Source of the DNA: Alloascoidea hylecoeti
Taxonomy: Eukaryota
DNA: 64,000 nucleotides
Assembly (NCBI GenBank): GCA_001600815.1
Contig: BCKZ01000010.1
Span: 389,527-453,526 of the forward strand
Reading direction: 5' to 3'
In this document: piece by piece, positions 23,318 to 33,979 of the stretch
How the letters are laid out: each line of letters opens with the position of its first letter
Numbering within the stretch: position 1 is the stretch's first letter
Made by a program: the position numbers and the translations under genes
The notes under the pieces: model-generated
Database searches by the model: none
Seen by the model: only the letters and a program-made list of their open reading frames with translations
Told to the model about the DNA's origin: nothing

Positions 23318-24939
23318 TCAATTGATATTCTTAACTGCGTCCAATTTTTCTTTTAATAAAGCAGAATTTGAATCAATCCATTTCAAACTCTCTAAATGAG
23401 AATTTAAAATTGTAACAATAGAACTTAAAGTATTTCCATTATCTTCTGTATTATTACCATTATTTTTACCATCACTAGTATTCAAATGATTTATTGTATT
23501 TGAAACATCATTAATTTCAGTAATTAATGATGATAAATTAGATCCCATCGATTCTAATTTTTCATTTATAGTTTCTGCAACTCTATAAGCAGCTTCTCTT
23601 TCTTTATTTGATTCACTATTACCAGTTGTTGAACTCAACCCACCTAATAATTCATCTGCTTGTTTTTCATAATCATCTAATAACGTTTCAAGATCATCTT
23701 GTTGTTTTGAGACATAAGTAACCAATTGATTAACTTTACCTTGAGTTTGTTCAGCAGCTGTGACATCAGTATATAATTTAGAGATTTTATCACCATTCTC
23801 AACAAGTACACTGTCCCATGATGAAATCTGATTTGCTTGATTTGTGAATTCAGTTGTTGCTTTTGCTAATTGTGAGGTCCATTTTGAAATTATATCTTCA
23901 AGTGATTTATTACGAAGATTACTTGGATTTAATTGAGGTGTTATCTTATCAGTCTGGGTTGTTGTCGTTGTCGTTGTAGTAGTACTTAAAGCTGAGGTTG
24001 TTGGATTGGCTTTATCAGTTTTATCAGTTACATCTTTATTATCCGATTTTCCAAATGAAAAGCCACCACTAGCTGGCTTTTTATCATCTGCAGCTGGTTT
24101 CGTACCTAACGCAAAACCAACAGAAGGTTTAGCAGCATCTTTCTTATCATCTGCTTTTGCTCCAAAACTAAATCCACCAGCTGTCGCAGGTTTATCATCT
24201 TTTTTGGCTCCAAAACTAAATTCGCCAGTGGATACAGGTTTATCATCCTTTTTGGCACCAAAACTAAATCCGCCGGTGGATGCAGGTTTATCATCCTTTT
24301 TGGCACCAAAACTAAATCCGCCGGTGGATGCAGGCTTATCATCCTTTTTGGCACCAAAACTAAACCCCCCAGTTGTTGCAGGTTTATCATCCTTTTTGGA
24401 ACCAAGGCTAAATCCACTGGTAGTTGCAGGTTTATCATCCTTCTTGGCTCCAAATGAGAATGAACCTGACGTACTTGTTGATATTTTATTCTCAGCAGGT
24501 TTGGCGAAATTGAAAATACCACTACCTGTACTTCCTTTATTGTCAGTGCCAGTGGAAACGCCAGTAGTTGGGTTTAATGGTGATGGATTTGAAGGTTTAT
24601 TAAATGAGAAGCCCCCTGTTGTGTTCCCCGTAGTATTAGATCCAGTATTTGAATTGCTAGTACTTCCAAAATTAAAACCACCACCAGGTTTGGAAGCAGC
24701 AGCACCAAATAACCCACCCCCACCAGTATTACCAGAAGTAGTGGATGATCCAAACAACGAGCCTGGTGCTGCAGTAGTGGGTTTGGGTGAAAATAAACTT
24801 CCCGAAGAAGTTGTAGATGGAGTGTTGGAGTTTCCTCCAAAATTGAACAAGGGTTTATCTAATTAAAAAATGTCAGTCATCATACAATTGAATACAGTCA
24901 CCATCGCCTTCGCTTTAAATAAAACATACTTGATGCCAT
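23318..24939 (-). CDS. NSP1: FG-nucleoporin Nsp1; exon 1 24939-24930, intron 24929-24859
   Basis: MASNKPLFNFGG after splicing (GTATGT..CTGAC..TAG); FSFG repeats; coiled-coil NKSLEDIISKW, WDSVLVENGDKI, ILNSHLESLKWID. Confidence 0.95.
24150..24460 (-). repeat. 57-bp coding minisatellite (GGFSFGAKKDDKPA repeats of NSP1)
   Basis: About 5-6 near-identical 19-aa units. Confidence 0.9.
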
Positions 24940-25274
24940 TTTCGGTGAAATCTGGAGGTTATAGGTCAATTTTCATTTTTGGAGTCGATGATTATTTTAA
25001 ACACCCATACATAAACACGTGCTTACCAATTTGGATGTTCCGGAACATATATTCAGGATGCTACGGGAACAGTTTTAGGATACAAAAGATGATCCTTATG
25101 GTATATAATATCGAAATAGTGTTGAATAAAAATACTCCAAAGTGTAGCAGAAATGGAGGATACAAATATTTCCCTCAATACCTGATTCTACTGTTTTACT
25201 GGGTGTTTTTCCTAGCATAAACGTATACGTAATGTGAATATGTTATGGCATCAGACGACGCTCAATTGAAGAAC

Positions 25275-26461
25275 ACATAAAAACCCAAAATTCCCCCCAC
25301 CTTCTTTTCCTTTCAATTTTTTGTTATAGACAATTCTCAGATCAATTGGTACCACAAACTCTAAACATCTTACAAACATGGTTCACACTCTTATTTTAGT
25401 TCGTCACGGTCAATCTGACTGGAATGAAAAGAATCTCTTCACTGGTTGGGTCGATGTTCGTCTTTCTCCTACTGGTGAAAAGGAAGCACACCGTGCCGGA
25501 GAATTGTTGAAGGAATCTGGGTTGAAGCCTGATATTCTTTACACCTCTAAGTTATCCCGTGCTATTCAAACTGCTAACATTGCTTTGGATGTCTCCGATA
25601 GACTTTGGATTGATGTTAAGAGAACATGGAGATTAAACGAACGTCATTATGGAGATCTACAAGGAAAAAATAAAGCAGATGCTTTAGAAAAGTTTGGGCC
25701 TGAATTATTCAAGACCTATAGAAGATCATTTGATGTTCCGCCACCAGTTATTCACGATGACAATGAGTTCTCCCAAGCCAATGATCCAAGATACGCCGAT
25801 GTTCCAGCAGATGTTTTACCAAAAACTGAATCATTAAAATTGGTTATTGAACGTTTATTACCATACTGGGAATCTGATATTAAACCAGATATATTATCAG
25901 GTAAAACTGTTTTAATTGCTGCTCATGGTAATTCATTACGTGCTTTGGTTAAAACATTAGATGGAATCAGTGATGCTGATATTGCCAACTTGAATTTACC
26001 CACTGGTATTCCATTAGTTTATGAATTAGATGATGATTTAAAACCAATTAAACCATCCTATTATTTGGATCCTGAGGCCGCTGCTGCTGGTGCTGCTGCT
26101 GTCGCAGCTCAAGGACAAAAGAAATAGATTTTCTCATGTTATATATTTTACTTAACTATTTAAATTTTAATTATATATTTACGATAAATTGATGTAATTC
26201 TATTATTAACTAAAGAAAATTTCTAACCAATGAGGTTTTGCATCTTCGAATCTCCGAATTTAAGTGTCTCGAATATACCGACTGGTAGGGGATGATAATA
26301 ATTATAAGAAAGCATTACCAGAAATTTTGGGTTTCTCCTAGGCTGTTGTAAAAATGATGATAAAAGGTATAAAATTTCTATATGTAACATAATGAGATGA
26401 TCTGAAATTTTGAAGAATTAGAAAACAGACGTATATCTTTTTGTTTATATGTCAAGTTCAT
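25275..26461 (+). repeat. Inverted repeat, left arm (~1187 bp, contains GPM1)
   Basis: Reverse complement of 32038-33227; identity begins at ACATAAAAACCC and ends at ATGTCAAGTTCAT. Confidence 0.97.
25378..26127 (+). CDS. GPM1: Cofactor-dependent phosphoglycerate mutase, copy A
   Basis: [27 protein letters not shown]-terminal [12 protein letters not shown]. Confidence 0.98.
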   Translation: MVHTLILVRHGQSDWNEKNLFTGWVDVRLSPTGEKEAHRAGELLKESGLKPDILYTSKLSRAIQTANIALDVSDRLWIDVKRTWRLNERHYGDLQGKNKADALEKFGPELFKTYRRSFDVPPPVIHDDNEFSQANDPRYADVPADVLPKTESLKLVIERLLPYWESDIKPDILSGKTVLIAAHGNSLRALVKTLDGISDADIANLNLPTGIPLVYELDDDLKPIKPSYYLDPEAAAAGAAAVAAQGQKK

Positions 26462-27299
26462 TGTCAAAGTAGACAACGTTATATTTATGGAGACCAGAAT
26501 TATCTTCAATCTGAAGTTATGGAAAGTTACACCGGTACAATAGTAGTAGTGACTATGTATATATACTAACAATATAGTAATGGTTGTAAATTGATGTTGG
26601 AAAACAGCGTTGCTCAATAAATTTTATGTAGATTCTTAGTTTTGGAGGGAATTATACGTCTGTTTATGTTTTAATTCTGTTTACCTAGGTAGTAATAAGA
26701 CTTCAATTAGTTATACGGAATATGAAACACTAAGAATATGACCTTAAAATTGTGCTCATCAATACATGTATTGCCTTCTCTGATTTGCATTTCCTCTAAT
26801 TAAGGAAAGAGAAGAATTAATGAAATGACATAAAAGCAGGCGACAACAAAAGATTATCTAAATATATTCCAAACTAAAAGGGAAAAAAACCTTTTTAGCT
26901 TCTTTTCTCAATCTTGCTTCATCCAAAGTTAACAATCTTTTACTGAAGTAGAATATCGATTAGACTGGGTTTCATCTATAAAGAATATCTAACTTCAATC
27001 GTTTACCAGATATTTTACTTTTAAGAAGATATCACTATTTACTATAGTTAGTTAAAACCCATCATCTGAGAAAACTTTTGAAGCCAAAAAGGAAAGAACA
27101 GAATAAATTGATCATTTTAAATCTCAAGTTTGAAAGAAACTATTTTCATACTACATATACATACACACACACCAACTATTTTTAATCAACCGGCTACAGG
27201 TCTAGTTGAAATAAAAATTATATAAAGAAAAGGAAATAAAATGGTAAATATAGAATAAATAAAAAAAATGGGATCGATTTCAAGTTTTCAGTTTATCTT

Positions 27300-28209
27300 T
27301 TATGTTTTATCTTTGATATAAAATTACAAATGAGGATTTCATCTTGTGAATCTTATGGTCGCAGAAGTTTCAACATTGTGTTTAATATCGAAATTGAGGT
27401 TTTTGGGTTTGACGTTGATCAAGTTCATTAGCAATGTTCAAAATCTGGAAATGATTTTGTATTCCCATTACATGATTGGAAGTCATCTCCAGATCTTTGC
27501 AATCCTAATTTATTTAAACTGAAATCCAAATTTTTATGATCATTTGCGTTATTATTGGTATTTAATATCAAATTGTATCACCATTTAGATTTCTATTAAC
27601 GATTGTATTTCATTTGCAGCCATAACTAGACACATTCATGCTTAAATTTTGATTCATTTCTATTGGTTCATTCTTTCTTTTATTTTAAACATGTATTCTA
27701 CAGAGAAGATTATAGCAATTAAGGATGTATTGTAAGTGATATAACTTTAACCCATACCAAATTACAATCCTTTTATTATTATAGTTAAGCTCATTAATGA
27801 TTATAAGATCTTATAATATTTATATAATTAGAACTTTGGATATGCAAGAACCCAATTATATAATGTGTGAAATACTAAACACTATGTCGAGCGTTGGGCT
27901 GATGCTGAATTGGCACGTTCAAGTTGAGAAGTGTACTGGGAACTCAAGTTCTTAAGTTAGCTTCCAATCTTGTTTCAATTATTTGTTTATTAACTAACGA
28001 CATTATTATTTTTTCAAATTCTTCAAATGATTATTTAAACTCATTAGAATTGTTATCAGTTGAACTTGAACTTGAACTTGAACTTGAACTTGAACTTGAA
28101 CTTGAACTTGAATTTGATGTTGATTCACGATTTGTATCTTGAACAAGAGATTTATGGTCAGCCAATGTAGTTGGCTAATAAGTAAGTTTTGGTATTGTTC
28201 AGTAATCAT
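27300..28209 (-). pseudogene. Probable decayed gene of unknown family with a poly-Ser tract
   Basis: ATG 28209, then a shifted frame reading IPKLTY*PTTLADHKSLVQDTNRESTSN(S)n..EFK*SFEEFEKIIMSLVNKQIIETRLEANLRT*VP with scattered stops; distal boundary uncertain. Confidence 0.4.
28060..28112 (+). repeat. (GAACTT)n microsatellite
   Basis: About 8 perfect hexamer units. Confidence 0.9.
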
Positions 28210-28509
28210 GGATTTATAAACAAGCTGCTATTTTCATGATTTTAACTGACTATAAAAATCACCTTCTATATGTAAAAATATTCCTGAAGGTTTTACCATA
28301 TTTGATTGTGGATATTATGTATATTAAAGTAAACTAAAGAATAAAAACAAGAAAGGTTTATGTTTATATTTAAGGAAAGTTAAATATTATCCGAGTAAGA
28401 GACTCATGACAGACTGTTATAGGTATATCATAATTATACTCGAATATTATTTCTATTAGCTTTAGATCTCCATAATCACCAAATTTTGGTAGTAGATGGC
28501 GGTGGAGAA

Positions 28510-29787
28510 CTAACTGGAAGAACATTTCTTGGCTCCAGGAACTACACTCTCTCCTTTAGGAATAACTTGAATATTGGAATCCTCTGGAACTGCTGAAAAA
28601 TTAGCCTGAGCAATTGAAACCTCGTTACTGTCGATATCAAAAACCAGATAGGCTGATCTCAAAAATGTATCACCTAGTATAACTTGGCCAACAGTCTTCT
28701 GAAGACCAAAATAATATTTGGGGTTGATAGGATCCCAGTTAATGAAATCACTTTGTGGTACCGGAATGATGAGCGTTGAAACTGGGACTTTGATAGTAGC
28801 ACATCCGAAATTAAAGTCAACAGTTCTTGGATCCGATGCTAGTTCAGTGGCGTTTACTAAGATCATCCCTCCCAATGGATTATAATGTATTCCCAGAGAT
28901 GTTAATAGTGGCACTATAACTTCAGTTGGTAATTGAGTAACAGTAGTGCCACTATCTAAAATAGCGGTCTCTTCAGTTGTAGTTGTAATGCCATCAAAGG
29001 TAACACTGGTTAAGTTAGCACCCCAAAATGATGGATTTGAAGGCATCGGGAAAGTATATAAATCTCCAGTATATAAATTACTATCAACTCCACCAAATAT
29101 AAGGTTTCCTGAGTTAGAATCTGTAGAGTTCAAAAAAAGAGAAAAAGCAGCAGATTGTGTAATTCCTTGGTCAACCAGAGAATGTTGATAATTACGGAAA
29201 CCCCAAATTTCACCACTTCCCTTAGCACCAGTATTACCATCAAACCCAAGACCAAAAATCCCAGGTATACGATTTGCTCTGGATTTTGATAATCCCAAGG
29301 TATAACCTTTAACTGTATGCCCACCAATAGATACATCATCTTTAAACCATTCGCCCCATCCAACAGTCGCATCTGCATAAATATTCTCAAAATTATAATT
29401 AATAAGATCATAAGTACTAGATAGTAATGGGTCAAAAGCACCTAGTGCACATACTGGACACTTAGGGTTCACACGTTCTTTAGAAGTAACCCATAAATCA
29501 CTTGATCCGGTATCGACAAGAACATATACCTTTTGAGGAGGATTTCCAACTTCAATGTTAATCCCATATGATAAACGAGAATTAGCGGGTGAAATATCTG
29601 TATTAACTACTCCAGGAATTGAAGCACCGAGTACTCTTGAATAATTTGTTGTTGCTGTAGTATCCCTTTCAAAATGAAGCTGTTGTACACCCGGAATATT
29701 AGCTCCATGAATAGTTGGAATCAAGCACAAGGATGCAATTGATATCAATTTAATAACTCGACAATAGAATTGATTTTTCATGATCAT
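28510..29787 (-). CDS. Secreted pepsin-like (A1) aspartic protease, SAP/yapsin/Bar1-like, no obvious GPI tail
   Basis: Signal peptide; catalytic DTGSSDLWV and ILDSGTT; flap YADAT; ILGDTFLRSAYLVFD. Confidence 0.92.
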   Translation of the reverse strand: MIMKNQFYCRVIKLISIASLCLIPTIHGANIPGVQQLHFERDTTATTNYSRVLGASIPGVVNTDISPANSRLSYGINIEVGNPPQKVYVLVDTGSSDLWVTSKERVNPKCPVCALGAFDPLLSSTYDLINYNFENIYADATVGWGEWFKDDVSIGGHTVKGYTLGLSKSRANRIPGIFGLGFDGNTGAKGSGEIWGFRNYQHSLVDQGITQSAAFSLFLNSTDSNSGNLIFGGVDSNLYTGDLYTFPMPSNPSFWGANLTSVTFDGITTTTEETAILDSGTTVTQLPTEVIVPLLTSLGIHYNPLGGMILVNATELASDPRTVDFNFGCATIKVPVSTLIIPVPQSDFINWDPINPKYYFGLQKTVGQVILGDTFLRSAYLVFDIDSNEVSIAQANFSAVPEDSNIQVIPKGESVVPGAKKCSSS

Positions 29788-31038
29788 CTTAATTCTTAGA
29801 ATTGCAAAAAAAAAAAAACAGATTTCAACGGTATTTAATATCGGTAAAATTTAAAGTTGAACAATTGTAGATTCTATTTAAGGTTGTGACCTGCCCACAA
29901 ACTTAAATATATCACACAATATACTATATAATAACTAATCATAACTTTAAACACCACATTTCTTTTGTTGTGACCATATTATAAAATAATATAGATATAT
30001 CACACAATTGTCATTATTAAGTAAGTATACATTTGTATTACGTGACAGCTATTTAAAAGATAAGGTAATTAGTTCAATACTCATGCATACTACCTAGATT
30101 ATGCAAGTCGCTTATTTTCCTTATTTGGTAGTATGTTATATTTAAGCATTTTTTAAGGGTGGTAAAAATCATATTTAAAGTGTAAGTTAATAATGCGGGA
30201 AAAAATTCAAAACTGTATTAATGTTAATATATTTATCACGATAACAAAGGCACATCATATCGTATTAAGCTTGCTCTCTTAACTCGACTAATTTTTGCAT
30301 GGATTGCATGATTTTACTCAACTGTTTGATTTGGACAAACCTTTCATTTCAAGTTGAATAACAAGAATAAATCTGGCCGGGAAAATAATCCCATCGGTTA
30401 ATTTTCATTATCTTCTTGATGTATTTCTATTTTAGAAAATTTATTGGAATACAATCTGGTATAACTTATGGAAAAATATACTGAAGCAGAAATGTCAAGT
30501 TTCTACTACTCATACTCGGTCACCTAAAATTGTTACTGTGATGACTCAAGAATGGTTTGTTCTAATTTAAAATTTCGATCTTATTGTGAGGTAATCTTCT
30601 TTTCCTCAAATCGGTATAGCATCTTTTCGATTGCCGAAAGGCCTGTTGAATCAGTTTCTGTAGTTAAATTATCATTGAGATATATTAACTTTTTGGTAAT
30701 CAATCTAAGATATTATCTAATCTTAGTAACAGGCTTCGTTGTGTAATAATCGTATGTATGGATAGTTTTTAATAATCACACGTATGGATGGTTTATAATA
30801 ATTGCTTCTAAATACTTAAGTGTTGATAAATATTAAAAATCTATATTAAAAAGTATCAGATTATGAGTTGTGATGTTATATTTACAGGTGTAAAAAATAT
30901 GTAATAATCTGCAGAAATGGCTCATATTATGTATCGTTTATGATACATGTTTGTCAAAAAGTTAATCAACTAGAATAAATATACAGAAAAGAAAAAGATT
31001 GTCAAGAAGACAATAAGAATGTCCGGTAAGGTTCACAG

Positions 31039-31171
31039 TTAGAGGTTATTCCCAAGTTTTTAGACTCTTTAACTTTATAGGTTATTCCTAAATTGAAAGA
31101 TTATTCTTAAACTTAAAGGTTATTCCTCAGCTTAGAGGTTATTCCTAAGTTTTATAGGTTATTCCTAAGTT
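31039..31171 (+). repeat. 19-20 bp minisatellite, core AGGTTATTCCTAAG
   Basis: GGTTATTCC/GATTATTCT cores at 31044, 31080, 31099, 31118, 31137, 31157. Confidence 0.85.
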
Positions 31172-31799
31172 GTTTCGATATAGTTTGAAAAGTATAAAAA
31201 ATAGTATAGATGACTATATTTTTAACAAAACAGGTACCGGTACATTACAAATACATGTACTAACACGAATTACAAAATCAACATCTCCTTTAATCTTTCT
31301 TAATCTTCATATAAATAAGATTTGTTCTCGATATTTTTGATTTTGCGGCCATCTAAACCTCTTCAAACTTAGATAAAATCTTCTGACAATTAAAAGAGTG
31401 AATTCCAATCCTTATAAAGCCCAAACAAATATTCTTGGGGGTCATAGTCAAGGCGCTTTCCTTCTGGTATATTGTCCCGAAATCCTATTTTAGGGCAGAT
31501 AATTTATGGATTTGCTTCAATTTTTTCGTCACTTCTTTAGCAGATTAGCATATGCATATGTATATTTAAGGTTACACATAATGCATTAATTACTGCACCT
31601 CATTATAGAAAAAGAACAAATTATATAAAAATTTAAGAAGTATCTATTTCCAAAATGAATATAAGAATGATCCACAATTATCTATTACGTCATTAGCTCT
31701 ATTAATAACTAATGTTTAATACTTTAAAGCTCAGCATCGCAGTCCGTCTAAGGGATTAAAATAAGACAGCATGCAGGAAAATCATTTAGGAAATGGGGG

Positions 31800-32170
31800 T
31801 GCTGTATTCAAATCCAGAAGAATAAACTACATAGCTGGTTTCATTAATGGTCCAGAACAATTGATTCAAATATCATTAGACTTAGGTGTAACCACACCGT
31901 GAACAAAAGTCACGCCTCTAAATACCATAAGAAACCCCAGGAATTATGTCCATGTGGTAAAATTGATACAATTGACCACCGACTACTTAAATGTGATCAA
32001 TACAGTTATTCTCAAGATAGGCTAAATGTACGTTACGATGAACTTGACATATAAACAAAAAGATATACGTCTGTTCTCTAATTCTTCAAAATTTCAGATC
32101 ATCTCATTATGTTACATATAGAAATTTTATACCTTTTATCATCATTTTTACAACAGCCTAGGAGAAACCC
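31800..32170 (+). mobile_element. 3' relic of a non-LTR retrotransposon ORF2 (C-terminal CCHC zinc knuckle)
   Basis: ATG-less open frame 31848-32054: WSRTIDSNIIRLRCNHTVNKSHASKYHKKPQELCPCGKIDTIDHRLLKCDQY, preceded by SWFH*. Fits the WF..R..i.RLR.gH..C.CG..eti.H.l..C..y tail of RNase H-bearing LINEs; LYLLSSFL follows in frame past stops. Confidence 0.72.
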
Positions 32171-33227
32171 AAAATTTCTGGTAATGCTTTCTTATAATTA
32201 TTATCATCCCTACCAGTCGGTATATTCGAGACACTTAAATTCGGAGATTCGAAGATGCAAAACCCCAGTTGGTTAGAGATTTTCTTTAGTTAATAATAGA
32301 ATTACATCAATTTATTGTAAATATATAATTAAAATTTAAATAGTGTGTAAGTAAAATATATAACATGAGAAAATCTATTTCTTTTGTCCTTGAGCTGCGA
32401 CAGCAGCAGCACCAGCAGCAGCGGCCTCAGGATCCAAATAATAGGATGGTTTAATTGGTTTTAAATCATCATCCAATTCATAAACTAATGGAATACCAGT
32501 GGGTAAATTCAAGTTGGCAATATCAGCATCACTGATTCCATCTAATGTTTTAACCAAAGCACGTAATGAATTACCATGAGCAGCAATTAAAACAGTTTTA
32601 CCTGATAATATATCTGGTTTAATATCAGATTCCCAGTATGGTAATAAACGTTCAATAACCAATTTTAATGATTCAGTTTTTGGTAAAACATCTGCTGGAA
32701 CATCGGCGTATCTTGGATCATTGGCTTGGGAGAACTCATTGTCATCGTGAATAACTGGTGGCGGAACATCAAATGATCTTCTATAGGTCTTGAATAATTC
32801 AGGCCCAAACTTTTCTAAAGCATCTGCTTTATTTTTTCCTTGTAGATCTCCATAATGACGTTCGTTTAATCTCCATGTTCTCTTAACATCAATCCAAAGT
32901 CTATCGGAGACATCCAAAGCAATGTTAGCAGTTTGAATAGCACGGGATAACTTAGAGGTGTAAAGAATATCAGGCTTCAACCCAGATTCCTTCAACAATT
33001 CTCCGGCACGGTGTGCTTCCTTTTCACCAGTAGGAGAAAGACGAACATCGACCCAACCAGTGAAGAGATTCTTTTCATTCCAGTCAGATTGACCGTGACG
33101 AACTAAAATAAGAGTGTGAACCATGTTTGTAGGATGTTTAGAGTTTGTGGTACCAATTGATCTGAGAATTGTCTATAACAAAAAATTGAAAGGAAAAGAA
33201 GGTGGGGGGAATTTTGGGTTTTTATGT
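32038..33227 (-). repeat. Inverted repeat, right arm (~1190 bp, contains GPM1)
   Basis: Reverse complement of 25275-26461. Confidence 0.97.
32375..33124 (-). CDS. GPM1: Phosphoglycerate mutase, copy B (protein identical to copy A)
   Basis: Same 249 aa; one synonymous difference seen (TTA vs TTG). Confidence 0.98.
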   Translation of the reverse strand: MVHTLILVRHGQSDWNEKNLFTGWVDVRLSPTGEKEAHRAGELLKESGLKPDILYTSKLSRAIQTANIALDVSDRLWIDVKRTWRLNERHYGDLQGKNKADALEKFGPELFKTYRRSFDVPPPVIHDDNEFSQANDPRYADVPADVLPKTESLKLVIERLLPYWESDIKPDILSGKTVLIAAHGNSLRALVKTLDGISDADIANLNLPTGIPLVYELDDDLKPIKPSYYLDPEAAAAGAAAVAAQGQKK

Positions 33228-33979
33228 AATTAATATGTATACCATTATAGTGATCGTCTGTGGATCACCACATTCCCGCTGTGGGGTGGCCTACTAGCTG
33301 TGTTTCATGATAGATTTTCATTTTCCTTTGTACTAAGTTTGTAGATTGATCGATCACCCATTGTTGGACAAGCCAGCCTCTTTATTGGGTAATATCACTT
33401 AAAAGGTTATGCAATATTAATGGATCGGAAAACCTCGAGATCTCTCACAAATATTAATTTTTCGAGAAAAGGCTTACAGTGTGTGTAAAACTAGGATTAG
33501 GCATATGCATATATTACTGGTGGTACTAATCCCAAAATCAAACACAACAATTGTAGAGCAATCAATCTGTTAAACAGTATAACGCCCTGACAGCCTTTAG
33601 ACCATGACACAAGGAACACCACCACTGAGGAAAGACTAGAAGTAGGACAGAGTTTGACTTGTTCAGTTCATACTCACACGAAATCTGATGAGACAATTGT
33701 ACTGTTCGTATCTATAATCGAATAGGTACCAAATCGTAAAAACAAAAACTACGATACAAATCAAGCAATAACACCCATAAAATAATCATGGAGGAACAAG
33801 AAATCCTTCTTTCATGCGAAAAAACTGTGTTATAATTAGTGCCCCATAAATAAATATAAAGCTTTATAAGCTCTTACATAATCTAATTAACATCCATTTT
33901 CACTTCTTCACTACTTTCTTACTTAATTACCACTTTCACTATTCTCTCTTATATTTTCTGACGGTACTCATTTTTTCAG

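Noticed and set aside
24006..24866. 286-aa repetitive + strand ORF
   Set aside because: Antisense shadow of the NSP1 FG repeats.
31039..31171. CRISPR-like array
   Set aside because: Eukaryotic context, no unique spacers, no cas genes.
26462..32037. Mating-type locus between the inverted repeats
   Set aside because: No HMG, alpha-box or homeodomain ORF recognisable, and no SLA2/APN2 neighbours.
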